This document shows, piece by piece, positions 18,136 through 27,458 of a DNA stretch of 64,000 nt. The first letter of the stretch is position 1. Every line of letters begins with the position of its first letter. The notes under the pieces were generated by a model. It had not been told where the DNA came from, did not search any database, and saw only the letters and a program-made list of their open reading frames with translations. The stretch is from an uncultured Clostridia bacterium. GTDB taxonomy: Bacteria; Bacillota; Clostridia; Christensenellales; CAG-138. The position numbers were made by a program, and so were the translations under genes. The DNA lies in assembly GCA_937915925.1 (NCBI GenBank), contig CALGGM010000088.1, positions 2,729 to 66,728 of the forward strand, given 5' to 3'.

Positions 18136-19199
18136 AGCTCATTGAGCGAAAACAAAGGCTTTCACTGTTGCTGCTGTTTGCTGGGGTTGTCCTTGCGCTT
18201 TTGATTGTGACGACGTTGATCGTGAGCGCCGTCATTTTGATATTGATCGACCGCGGCGCACTGCAACTCGGCAGCACGCCGGTGAACGGCGGAAAACTGT
18301 TCGGGAATCTAATGCTGTGGAGCCTGCTGATCGGAAGCATTCTCGCATTTATAACGCTGCGATTCCCGCTGAAACCGGTCAATAGAATCTTGAACGCGAT
18401 CAAGCGTCTTTCTGAGGGTGATTTTTCCACACGTCTGCAGTTTCATGGGCTACTTTCGCGTTATCCTGCCGTCGTTGAACTCTCGGATAGCTTCAATAAA
18501 ATGGCGTCAGAGCTCGAACAGACGGAGCTTTTGCGTTCGGACTTCATCAATAGTTTTTCGCATGAGTTCAAGACCCCGATCGTTTCAATTGCAGGATTTG
18601 CAAAACTGTTAAAACGGGGAAATCTTACGGAAGAAAAAAGGTCGGAATACCTAGATGCGATCGAGGAGGAATCCGTTCGTCTGTCGCAGCTGGCGACGAA
18701 CATCCTGAATCTGACCAATGTGGAAAACCAAAGCATTCTAACGAATATCGTGCGTTTCAATCTGTCGGAACAGATTCGAATCTCTGCTCTGGTGCTCGAA
18801 GCGAAATGGATGCGCAAGCACATCGACCTGTTGCTTCCGAACGAGGAGTTTTTTACTACCGGCAACGCGGAACTGCTGGAACAGGTGTGGATCAATCTGC
18901 TGGATAACGCGATCAAGTTTTCGCCGGAATACGGCGTCATCGATGTTCAGATCAAGAACGATGCCGACCGGATCTCGGTCAGCGTTTCCAATGTCGGTGA
19001 ACCGATTCCCGAAAAAAGCATGGAGCATATCTTCAATAAATTCTATCAGGCGGATGAGTCGCATGCCACGGAAGGGAACGGTGTCGGCCTGGCCATTGTT
19101 AAGAAAATTGTCGATCTGCATAATGGAGAGGTCACGGTGCAATGCCGAGACGGGAAAACCACATTTGCCGTTTCTCTTCCGCAGGGATTCAATCCGTAG
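18132..19199 (+). CDS. Sensor histidine kinase (2 TM, HAMP, HisKA, HATPase)
   Basis: H-box SHEFKTPI, N-box LLDNAIKFS and G-box GVGLAIVKKIV. ATGA overlap with the regulator gene. Confidence 0.93.
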   Translation: MKLIERKQRLSLLLLFAGVVLALLIVTTLIVSAVILILIDRGALQLGSTPVNGGKLFGNLMLWSLLIGSILAFITLRFPLKPVNRILNAIKRLSEGDFSTRLQFHGLLSRYPAVVELSDSFNKMASELEQTELLRSDFINSFSHEFKTPIVSIAGFAKLLKRGNLTEEKRSEYLDAIEEESVRLSQLATNILNLTNVENQSILTNIVRFNLSEQIRISALVLEAKWMRKHIDLLLPNEEFFTTGNAELLEQVWINLLDNAIKFSPEYGVIDVQIKNDADRISVSVSNVGEPIPEKSMEHIFNKFYQADESHATEGNGVGLAIVKKIVDLHNGEVTVQCRDGKTTFAVSLPQGFNP

Positions 19200-19315
19200 A
19201 AAAGAGCGCGTTTAGACGGCCGTTTTGTATCCCCTTTATGATTTCGGTCTAAATTGCTTGTTCTGAAGCTCACTGCATGGTACTCTCAAAGTAATTTTAT
19301 AACAGGAGAATGTCT

Positions 19316-19987
19316 ATGGATACCGACCGTCCTTCGATCCCAACCGTACAAAGCCGTCTGCGGCACGACATCCTGCGCATTCCGGAGTCCGCCTATGCCG
19401 CTTCCGGCATCGTGGTCAATGGGCGACGCCTGAAATCCTTTGTCTTTACAACCGATCTTGCCATCATCCGAAACTGTGACGCTGATGCCGTGTTCTGCGT
19501 TTATCCGTTTACACCGCAGCAGGCGATCTCTGATGCCATCATCAAGGGTTCCTATGTGCCGGTGTTTTGCGGCGTTGGCGGCGGAACGACGAAAGGGCTT
19601 CGCACGGTCGGGCTTGCCAAGGATGTGGAAAGCCAGGGAGCGATGGGCGTTGTGCTGAATGCACCTGTCTCCGATCTGAACGTTGCTGCCGTTGCAATGG
19701 CAGTCGACATCCCAGTCATCATCACGGTGACGAACGACAATACCGATATTCAAAAACGTATCGATTCCGGCGCCTCAATTCTGAATGTTGCCGGCGGTCC
19801 CGGTACGCCGCAGCTTGTGCGAAAGATCCGCGACGCATTCCCCGATGTGCCGATCATCGCATCCGGAGGAAATACGGATGAGCTGATTCGCATCACGATT
19901 GAAGCGGGAGCGAACGCGATCACCTACACACCGCCGTCCACAAAAGAGTTGTTCCACTCGATGATGGAACGGTATCGTGAGGGATAA
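19316..19987 (+). CDS. Conserved hypothetical protein, predicted phosphate-binding TIM-barrel-like fold
   Basis: 223 aa with alternating beta/alpha pattern and glycine-rich segments (GVGGGTT, ASGGNTDE). SD AGGAG lies 7 nt before ATG 19316. Confidence 0.7.
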   Translation: MDTDRPSIPTVQSRLRHDILRIPESAYAASGIVVNGRRLKSFVFTTDLAIIRNCDADAVFCVYPFTPQQAISDAIIKGSYVPVFCGVGGGTTKGLRTVGLAKDVESQGAMGVVLNAPVSDLNVAAVAMAVDIPVIITVTNDNTDIQKRIDSGASILNVAGGPGTPQLVRKIRDAFPDVPIIASGGNTDELIRITIEAGANAITYTPPSTKELFHSMMERYREG

Positions 19988-20041
19988 AGGACAGATCGTT
20001 CCCGCAATCGGTTTTTTCATCAATTCTTAAGATTGTTTCGT

Positions 20042-20077
20042 TTCGGTTTAGAAATCCTTTGTAAAATGATCTTATCA
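20042..20077 (+). promoter_or_regulatory. Shared promoter element copy 4: ATTGTTTCGTTTCG-GTTTAGA-N9-TAAAAT
   Basis: Same spacing, upstream of the radical SAM gene. Confidence 0.6.
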
Positions 20078-20096
20078 AATACAAAGGAGAACGCGC

Positions 20097-21473
20097 ATGA
20101 AAAGCAATCTCGTGAGCCGAACTGTCGTTCGTCGCGCCGTCCGAGCTGCCATCAAAGATCCGGATAAAAACATTCCGAAGATTCTTTCGCTGGTTGAAAA
20201 AGCGGATCGGAAGGGCTTTAACAGCAGTTCCTATGCCGCGATTCGCAAGAGCCTTGAAGATCCGGAAAACAACTGGAATATCATGATTCACAATCTGATT
20301 CGAAACACCGATCCGAACGTTCTGGAAAGCATGATGATGGCGCTCGGTTTCCATTCCGCTGTCGCGAGCGCACATATACGGCAGGAAAGTATCCGAAAAT
20401 ACGGCTGCAATATTCCGTGGGCAGTGCTGATGGATCCCACTGCGGCATGCAATTTGCATTGCACCGGCTGCTGGGCGGCGGAATACGGAAAGAATACGTT
20501 CCTAACCTATGAAACGCTGGACCGGATCATTAACGAGGGGACGGAACTCGGCACTTACACCTACATCTTCTCCGGCGGCGAGCCGACCATGAGAAAGAAA
20601 GACCTGATCCGTCTCGCCGAATCGCACCCCGATTGCGCTTTTCTCGCATTTACAAACGGTACGCTTGTGGACGAAGCGTTTGCCGACGAACTGAAGCGGG
20701 TCGGGAACTTTGCATTGGCATTCTCCATTGAGGGCAGTGAAGAGGACACGGATTTCCGCAGAGGCAAGGGAACCTATCAGTCGGTTATCCGCGCGATGGA
20801 TATTCTGCGGGAAAAGGGCGTGATTTTCGGCTTCTCCGCCTGCTATACAAGCAAGAACCTCGATACGATCGGCTCGGATGCGTTCGTGGATCTGATGATC
20901 GAAAAGGGCTGCCTGTTCGGCTGGTACTTCACCTATATTCCGGTCGGAAAAGACGCTGTTCCGGAGCTGATGGCAACGGCGGAGCAGCGTGCGTTTATGT
21001 ATCGCAAAATGCGCGAATGGCGCAAAACAAAGCCCTGCTTCCTGCTTGATTTCTGGAATGACGGCGAGTATGTTCTCGGCTGTATTGCGGGCGGGCGGCA
21101 CTATCTGCACATCAACGCCAACGGTGATGTTGAGCCGTGTGCGTTCATCCATTACAGTAATATCAATATCAAGGAACATTCACTTTTGGAAGCGCTGCAG
21201 AGTCCCTTGTTTATGGAGTATCGAAAGAATCAGCCCTTCAATGAAAACATGCTGCGGCCGTGCCCAATGCTCGATAATCCCGAAAAGCTGCGCGAAATGG
21301 TAAAGAATGCAGATGCGCATTCCACGGATTTCCTGGCGCCGGAAAGCGCCGAGGAGCTGACGGCAAAGACGGAAAAGGCCGCAGCGGCATGGGCTGTGAA
21401 GGCAAACGAGCTTTGGGAAGCGACCGACGAGACGGAGAAACATTCGCATAAGCGCACGCTGTATCAATCATAA
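20097..21473 (+). CDS. Radical SAM enzyme with C-terminal auxiliary Cys-rich domain
   Basis: CNLHCTGC (CxxxCxxC) at aa ~118, GGEP, and C-terminal Cys residues (GCIAGG..., EPCAFIH, RPCPMLD). Confidence 0.9.
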   Translation: MKSNLVSRTVVRRAVRAAIKDPDKNIPKILSLVEKADRKGFNSSSYAAIRKSLEDPENNWNIMIHNLIRNTDPNVLESMMMALGFHSAVASAHIRQESIRKYGCNIPWAVLMDPTAACNLHCTGCWAAEYGKNTFLTYETLDRIINEGTELGTYTYIFSGGEPTMRKKDLIRLAESHPDCAFLAFTNGTLVDEAFADELKRVGNFALAFSIEGSEEDTDFRRGKGTYQSVIRAMDILREKGVIFGFSACYTSKNLDTIGSDAFVDLMIEKGCLFGWYFTYIPVGKDAVPELMATAEQRAFMYRKMREWRKTKPCFLLDFWNDGEYVLGCIAGGRHYLHINANGDVEPCAFIHYSNINIKEHSLLEALQSPLFMEYRKNQPFNENMLRPCPMLDNPEKLREMVKNADAHSTDFLAPESAEELTAKTEKAAAAWAVKANELWEATDETEKHSHKRTLYQS

Positions 21474-21512
21474 ATATACCTCTATAATCTCGCATTCCAT
21501 GCGCGGCAAAAA

Positions 21513-21556
21513 GCCGTCGGGTTTCTAATCCTCGAATCCTTCCCCGACGGCTTTTT
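21513..21556 (+). terminator. Rho-independent terminator GCCGTCGGG...CCCGACGGC + T5
   Basis: 9-bp GC-rich stem flanked by an A-run and a T-run, 40 nt after the radical SAM stop. Confidence 0.75.
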
Positions 21557-21589
21557 GTTTACTTTGAGTTTAGATTTGTTGGGTATTGT
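21554..21589 (+). promoter_or_regulatory. Shared promoter element copy 5: TTTGTTTACTTTGA-GTTTAGA-N9-TATTGT
   Basis: Same spacing. The -10 ends 6 nt before the cdsA ATG, so a leaderless transcript is possible. Confidence 0.5.
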
Positions 21590-21595
21590 TACACT

Positions 21596-22423
21596 ATGGC
21601 GGATCGTGAACTGGTCAGAAGAACATGTACAGGCGCTGCGTTGACGGCTGTTGCGGCAATCGTGATTACCTTTTCAAGGATTCCTTTTGTTTCGAAATGC
21701 GCCGCTGCCTTGCTCGGCGCTTTGTCGATATTTGAGCTCTTTCGTGCATCCGGCGCATTGAATAATCGGGTTTGCCTGTCGGTCATTCTCCTTACGGCAA
21801 TCGTGTTCCCATTCGTTCCGCTGCCGTGGTATCCATATGTGGCTGCAGCGGCCCTGATCGCGGAAATCAGCGTTTTTCTGCTGTTTTCGTCCCGTATAGG
21901 ATCGGTCACGACCGACGGCTTGCGGCCGGCGATCCTGTTCTCGGCAACGGTCATTGTGCAGGTACGGGCGATTGTCGAGATTCCGACGCTTTCGGACGGC
22001 AGATTGTATCTGTGCTTTGCCGTCATTCTTACGGAGCTGTCGGATATCTTTGCGTATCTGATCGGGCGGAGATTCGGAACGCATCGGTTTTTACCGAATA
22101 TCAGCCCGCATAAAACCATCGAAGGCAGCGTCGCGGGTGCTCTCGGAGGGTTTCTTTCCGGCGCGATCTTTGCACTCGTCCTTCGCTGCGGCGGCACGGA
22201 TATTGCTTACGGAAAGCTGATCCTAATGACGCTCGCCGTCGTTGGGACCGGACCGTTCGGCGATCTTTGTATGTCGGCATTCAAACGGCTTTACGGAGTC
22301 AAGGACTTTGGAACGATCCTGCCGGGACACGGTGGAATCCTGGATCGATTTGACAGTCTTTTGACCACGCTTCCCGCAACGTATCTTCTATGTGTGATCG
22401 GATGCGGTTTTATTCGATCATGA
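21596..22423 (+). CDS. cdsA: Phosphatidate cytidylyltransferase (CDP-diglyceride synthase)
   Basis: Polytopic, with the signature SAFKRLYGVKDFGTILPGHGGILDRFDS. Confidence 0.93.
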   Translation: MADRELVRRTCTGAALTAVAAIVITFSRIPFVSKCAAALLGALSIFELFRASGALNNRVCLSVILLTAIVFPFVPLPWYPYVAAAALIAEISVFLLFSSRIGSVTTDGLRPAILFSATVIVQVRAIVEIPTLSDGRLYLCFAVILTELSDIFAYLIGRRFGTHRFLPNISPHKTIEGSVAGALGGFLSGAIFALVLRCGGTDIAYGKLILMTLAVVGTGPFGDLCMSAFKRLYGVKDFGTILPGHGGILDRFDSLLTTLPATYLLCVIGCGFIRS

Positions 22424-22468
22424 CGATCGTTTAATCATTCCATATCGTTTCAAAAAGGGGGAGCCGTC

Positions 22469-23362
22469 ATGGAACAAACGAAACAGAAGCATATCCGAAT
22501 CCTCTACAATCCGAAAGCGGGGAACGGAGAAGGTAAGCAAACGGCGGAAGCGGTTTGGCTGTACAGCAAAGAGCCAAACACCGACTGCTACGATCTCACA
22601 GACCCGCGTGTATGTGAGCAGTTTATCAAGGAAGTGACGGCGGATGACACAGTGATCCTGTGCGGCGGCGATGGAACGCTGATGCAGTTTGTCAACTCCG
22701 TAGAGCCTCTACTTCCGAACTGTCGGCTTTTGTATTATGCGTCTGGCAGCGGCAACGATTTTGCCCGCGATGTCGACTCGCCGAAAAGCGAGTCGATCGA
22801 CCTGTTCCCATACCTTTCGAATCTGCCCTCCGTGACGGTCAACGGGCAGACATACCGTTTTTTGAACGGTGTCGGGTTTGGCATCGACGGCTACTGCTGC
22901 GAGGAGGGAGATCGCCTGCGCAAGACCGCAAAAAAGGCAGTCAACTATACGAAAATTGCCATCAAGGGATTGCTGTTTCACTATCACCCGACCAACGCTG
23001 TCGTTACCGTGGACGGCGTCGAGCATCGCTACCGCAATGTCTGGCTTGCGCCGACCATGAATGGACGGTACTATGGGGGCGGGATGATTCCGACGCCGGG
23101 ACAGGATCGGCTGCATAATGAGACCGTTTCCACACTGATCATGCACGGCGCAGGAAAGCTGCGAACGCTTTTCATCTTTCCGTCGATTTTCAAAGGAACG
23201 CATATCCGGCATAAAAACGTTTGCGAAGTGCTGCACGGACGTGTAATATCGGTCGCGTTCGACAACCCGACGCCTTTGCAGATCGATGGCGAAACCTTTA
23301 CGAATGTCACAGACTATACCGTCCGTGCGCCTCTACAGAACGATGACACAAAAACATCCTGA
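22469..23362 (+). CDS. Diacylglycerol-kinase-family lipid kinase (second copy)
   Basis: ILYNPKAGNG, GGDGT and GSGNDFAR motifs. Confidence 0.9.
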   Translation: MEQTKQKHIRILYNPKAGNGEGKQTAEAVWLYSKEPNTDCYDLTDPRVCEQFIKEVTADDTVILCGGDGTLMQFVNSVEPLLPNCRLLYYASGSGNDFARDVDSPKSESIDLFPYLSNLPSVTVNGQTYRFLNGVGFGIDGYCCEEGDRLRKTAKKAVNYTKIAIKGLLFHYHPTNAVVTVDGVEHRYRNVWLAPTMNGRYYGGGMIPTPGQDRLHNETVSTLIMHGAGKLRTLFIFPSIFKGTHIRHKNVCEVLHGRVISVAFDNPTPLQIDGETFTNVTDYTVRAPLQNDDTKTS

Positions 23363-24176
23363 ACGTCACAGCGTCTTTTATTGCATCATGCGCACCGTTG
23401 CGCACATTCTGTTTCCGCGCATGAAGATCACCTACGAGGAACAGCCGGATGATCACCCCGCTGTTTTTGTCTGCAACCACGCTGCGATGTGCGGTCCCGT
23501 CGTGATGACACTGTATTTCGATCGCCCGCACCAAACTTGGACAATCTACAGTGCTCTGGATCGAACACTTTCCTATCGATATGCCTACCATGATGTTTTC
23601 TTTGGAGAGAGCCGCCGGTTCAAATGGTTCTGGCGTTTGCTTGCAAGGATCGTAGGCAGGGCGTTGCCGCGTCTGCTGGAAGAGTCCGGTACGATTCCCG
23701 TCTTTCATGATCGACGGGTACTGAAAACGCTGCGTGCAAGCATTGCGGCACTGAAGAACGGTGAGGATATTGTGATTTTTGCAGAATCTCCGCAGCGGTT
23801 TTCCGAATTTGTCAACGAACTGCAGCCGGGCTTTGTCGATCTCGGACGGTTCTACGCGAAGGAGACTGGCGAGCATCTCAATTTCTATCCAGTCTATCTC
23901 GAAAAAAAGCATCGTTCCATTTCAATCGGACGACCGATCTCCTATGATCCCGCGTCTTCACCTGACGATCAGCGGGTACGAATCAGCACATATCTGCGCA
24001 ACGTGATCGACTGCATGGGTCGAACCGTGCCGAAGCATGATCCAGTCCCGTTCCTGCCGCCTCGCTGGTATGACGCCTACGGCGAATATGAATCCGAGTT
24101 CCCCAAATATTGGGAGATGATTGAAAGGGAATCGAACGCCCGTCAAGAAAAAAGATATTTCCGACCTTCCCACTGA
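23343..24176 (+). CDS. Lysophospholipid/glycerol-3-phosphate acyltransferase family protein (PlsC-like)
   Basis: VFVCNHAAMCGP block at the position of the NHxxxxD acyltransferase motif, plus IFAESP. The start at MTQKHPE (23343) overlaps the upstream gene, and ATG 23388 is an alternative. Confidence 0.75.
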   Translation: MTQKHPERHSVFYCIMRTVAHILFPRMKITYEEQPDDHPAVFVCNHAAMCGPVVMTLYFDRPHQTWTIYSALDRTLSYRYAYHDVFFGESRRFKWFWRLLARIVGRALPRLLEESGTIPVFHDRRVLKTLRASIAALKNGEDIVIFAESPQRFSEFVNELQPGFVDLGRFYAKETGEHLNFYPVYLEKKHRSISIGRPISYDPASSPDDQRVRISTYLRNVIDCMGRTVPKHDPVPFLPPRWYDAYGEYESEFPKYWEMIERESNARQEKRYFRPSH

Positions 24177-24222
24177 AAAAGATAATCGCGCATCAGAACA
24201 ACCATGCTCCGGCGAGCGGACA

Positions 24223-24306
24223 CATATACGGAAGGGGGAAGTCGGAAAGGTTGCGCCGAACCTTCTGGAACGTGATTTCAGCACGAAGGCACCAAATGAG
24301 AAATTT
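24223..24306 (+). mobile_element. Short remnant of an IS3-family transposase (OrfB linker region)
   Basis: Encodes ..GEVGKVAPNLLERDFSTKAPNEKF.., the conserved NxLxRxF..xxPNxKW segment that precedes the rve integrase core. No integrase core follows. Confidence 0.45.
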
Positions 24307-24367
24307 TCGGTAAAAACATTAACTGTCCTCCTAGTTTACAAATATGCCAAATAAACATGAAAATGAT

Positions 24368-24553
24368 TTATCGAGGGGCTGTTAAAAAGTGCCAATAAGA
24401 AATAGCAAGACTCTCGGGAAAAGTTTCCCGGGAGTCTTTGCTATGTGGTATACTATTTGTGTGACGAAAAAAATAACCACTATCTGCGAATGTAGGAAAT
24501 GCGATTAAAAGCATCACAAAAGCCAAAACAAAGCATACAATTGTCTTTTTCAT
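24368..24553 (-). CDS. 61-aa secreted/membrane peptide, hypothetical
   Basis: SD GGAGGT lies 7 nt upstream, and there is an N-terminal signal-like helix MKKTIVCFVLAFVMLLIAFPTFA. AT-rich context. Confidence 0.4.
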   Translation of the reverse strand: MKKTIVCFVLAFVMLLIAFPTFADSGYFFRHTNSIPHSKDSRETFPESLAISYWHFLTAPR

Positions 24554-25126
24554 TTTCTTACCTCCAATTCATTCTTTTTTATTCTAGGATTAAAACACAA
24601 AGATTAATCAAAAATGATGTGATAACCAATACCAACGCTAGAGCTACACAGTCTGTTTTGAAATTGAGTGCAAAAAGCAGGTTGATGGCAGACAGTAATA
24701 ATGTTATCAAAAGGATTATTGCTGCATGATTATAATATTACCGTGCTGCATATTGATATGATGTGTTTCTGCAGAGAGCATATGAATATGTGCATTGGCA
24801 GGTCTGCTCTCCCGATAGTGCAGACCGCTTATACTAAGCTGACTGTCGGTGATGCAGAAGTATGGTATAATAGCATATTCACCCCCGGCTTTGTCACTTT
24901 GTCAAGGGGGGTTAATCTCCTGAGGATATCATACCGAAGCGGACGAACATGCCGACCATAGAGCTATAAAGGAATTCCCAAATTGACAACCGGACATACA
25001 GAATTGACGCATAAATATACCGAACGGTCAAAATCGATTGAATTTCCGGGGAAGAATCGGTATAGTGCTGTCATGGAAGCATACATCTGTCTTCCGAAAA
25101 ACCAAATGAATAGAGAGGGAATAATA

Positions 25127-25660
25127 ATGAAAAAAGTCTTGTGTTCTGTTATGGTTATGATGATGCTGGCCGTCGCGTTTACGGGATGCTCCGTATTTAC
25201 CACCGAAACAAACAACGGCGGCGAAGAAGCAATCGGCAGCTATGAGCCTGTGAAGATCTCTGAGGATTATTCCTTTGCGGATCCTGCAGAGCTGGACTTT
25301 GACAAGCGCTATGTGCTCACATGTGACACAAGCAGCCAGATGATTGCGTCGGCTTCCGATTACGGCATGGTTGCGTCCTTCAACGTCTATTACGAAAAAG
25401 AGGGAGCGCCTGTTGCGGAGTATGATTTCTTTGTGGTTGACAGCGCGGATCATGCGCAGGCACTGATCAGTCTGTACGAACAGCAGGGATCCGTTCTGAC
25501 ACAGCTGGAAGGCCATCCCACGATCCTGACCAGCTCGGTGGACGGCGATACGCTGGAAGGTAATTTGGTTGCTTTCCAGTCTTACGGCATGATCAGCGAA
25601 GCAAAGCTGAGCGCTTATGTTACATTCATGGCAGAGAGCATGGGCGGCAAAGTACAGTAA
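25127..25660 (+). CDS. Lipoprotein, hypothetical
   Basis: Start MKKVLCSVMVMMMLAVAFTGC (lipobox FTGC) with SD GAGAGGGA. The track start at 24983 is rejected. Confidence 0.8.
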   Translation: MKKVLCSVMVMMMLAVAFTGCSVFTTETNNGGEEAIGSYEPVKISEDYSFADPAELDFDKRYVLTCDTSSQMIASASDYGMVASFNVYYEKEGAPVAEYDFFVVDSADHAQALISLYEQQGSVLTQLEGHPTILTSSVDGDTLEGNLVAFQSYGMISEAKLSAYVTFMAESMGGKVQ

Positions 25661-25697
25661 TCGAGTTCATAAATAACAAGACAGCGAGGAGATATCC

Positions 25698-27458
25698 ATG
25701 AAGAGGAAAGCTTCCGCGGGCGGCGGAAACTGGGGCGGATTTATCCGAATGTTGGGGCAGATCAACCTTCCGTGGCTTTTGATCGCCGTTGCATTCGTTG
25801 TGGAACTTGGTTACAACCACGTTTTGCTGTCGCTGCCCACGACCACTGCCGCCCTGATGTCCGGTAGTCTCGAGGATAAAGCGCTTCGGGATGCGATCCT
25901 TTATTATCTGTCTTACGGATTGGTTGTCACGCTCGAAACGGCGATACTGGGCATTGTCGGTCGACTGTCGGTGCGTAATGCCCGTACCAAGATCTGGGGC
26001 GGCATGACGCGCGTCAGAATGGACTATTACGACAGCCATACGCCGACCGCGCTCTCGTCTGCCGTTACCAACGATCTGGAGGAGTCGGTTCGCCTGTTGG
26101 TGAGCCTGATGATCCGAACCATCCCCAGCATCTACTATCTGGTTGCCGCGATCCTTACCATCGGAGAGTATGACTTCCTTCTGGTGCTGTCCATTCTGAT
26201 CCCGCTTCCGCTCAGATATTTGGAGATGGTCATCATCGGTCGGTGGAACTATCGTACACAATCCGGTATCTTTGCACGGATCGGTATGCTGACCGGATAT
26301 CTTGCAGAGCGCGTGAAGAATCTGCCGCTGATCAAGCATTTCTGTACAGAGGAACAGGAGCTGAAGAACGGTCAGGAGGCGTCGGAGGACCTGTTCAAAG
26401 CCAACGTCAAGGCGGTGAAGGTCGACAGTGCGGCGATCGGCGTCAATCAGGTAATCACAGTCGTTCAGCAAATCGTCGTCGTCTTCTTCGGAGTTATTCT
26501 GCTCCAAAAGGGCAGGATCACGCTTGCACAGTGGGTCGCATTCTTCCTGTTCTCCGCCAATATCTCCAGTCGCTTTGTGACGTTCGTTCAAGACTGGCAG
26601 AGCCTGAAATCCATTCAAGGGCAGGCGGCGCGTGTCGTCGAAGTTGTGGAAGCGCCCAAAGAGCAAACCGAGCAGGAAGCAAAAGCTGCTGCGGGTTACG
26701 TTGCACGAATGGCGCACTCTCCCGAGGTCAGATTTGAAAACGTATCCTTTGCATACGGCGAAAAGCCGGCACTGAATAATGTTTCCTTTACGGTTCCCGC
26801 AGGTACGGCAGCTGCAATTGTCGGCTTATCCGGAAGCGGCAAAACGACGCTTCTGAACCTGTTGGAGCGCTTCTATGAAACCGATCGGGGACGGATCGCT
26901 TTGAACGGCGAGGATATCGGCAAGCTGTCTTTGAAAGAGCTTCGCGGAAAATTCTCTTACGTACAGCAGGACGCCGGTGTTTTCAGCGGCACGGTACGGG
27001 AGGTTCTCACATACGGTATCGATCGCGAGGTCAAGGACGACGAACTGATCGAAGCGACAAAGAACACCGGTGCATGGGAGTTCATTCAGGCTCTGCCCGA
27101 TGCACTCGACACAGAGATCGCAGCGGACGGACAGTCCCTTTCGGGCGGGCAGCGTCAGCGGCTCGTGCTCGCAAGAGAATTCCTCCGCAATGCGGACGTG
27201 CTGCTCCTTGATGAGCCGACTTCCGCATTAGACGCAACGACGGCGAAGGCGGTCGAAGAAACCGTATTCCGCGTATTCAACGGAAAGACCATTCTGATGA
27301 TCACCCACGATATGTCGCTCGTCAACAATATGGACAATATTGTCGTATTGAGAGACGGCGATCTGGTCGGGCAGGGAAGCTATGACGATCTGTTGAAGGA
27401 TTGCGCGCTGTTCCGCGAAATGGTTTCGGCACAGCACAGAGAGGCGGTGGCGGTATGA
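25698..27458 (+). CDS. ABC exporter, fused permease/ATPase (MsbA/MdlB type), subunit 1
   Basis: Six-TM domain, then Walker A GLSGSGKTT, signature LSGGQRQ and Walker B LLLDEPTSALD. Confidence 0.93.
   Translation: MKRKASAGGGNWGGFIRMLGQINLPWLLIAVAFVVELGYNHVLLSLPTTTAALMSGSLEDKALRDAILYYLSYGLVVTLETAILGIVGRLSVRNARTKIWGGMTRVRMDYYDSHTPTALSSAVTNDLEESVRLLVSLMIRTIPSIYYLVAAILTIGEYDFLLVLSILIPLPLRYLEMVIIGRWNYRTQSGIFARIGMLTGYLAERVKNLPLIKHFCTEEQELKNGQEASEDLFKANVKAVKVDSAAIGVNQVITVVQQIVVVFFGVILLQKGRITLAQWVAFFLFSANISSRFVTFVQDWQSLKSIQGQAARVVEVVEAPKEQTEQEAKAAAGYVARMAHSPEVRFENVSFAYGEKPALNNVSFTVPAGTAAAIVGLSGSGKTTLLNLLERFYETDRGRIALNGEDIGKLSLKELRGKFSYVQQDAGVFSGTVREVLTYGIDREVKDDELIEATKNTGAWEFIQALPDALDTEIAADGQSLSGGQRQRLVLAREFLRNADVLLLDEPTSALDATTAKAVEETVFRVFNGKTILMITHDMSLVNNMDNIVVLRDGDLVGQGSYDDLLKDCALFREMVSAQHREAVAV

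Noticed and set aside
7256-21589. Reading the shared GTTTCA/GTTTAGA element as a known ECF (sigma-W TGAAAC on the opposite strand) or SigB (GTTTAA-N12-15-GGGTAT) promoter
   Set aside because: On the opposite strand no CGTA-type -10 follows at the right spacing. On the forward strand GGGTAT occurs in only one copy and at the wrong distance. Kept as an unassigned promoter class.
22321-22340. Third copy of the ParB-associated palindrome (GGGACACGGTG) inside cdsA
   Set aside because: Only an 11-nt half-site match is present, produced by the PGHGG codons of the CdsA signature. The palindromic partner is absent.
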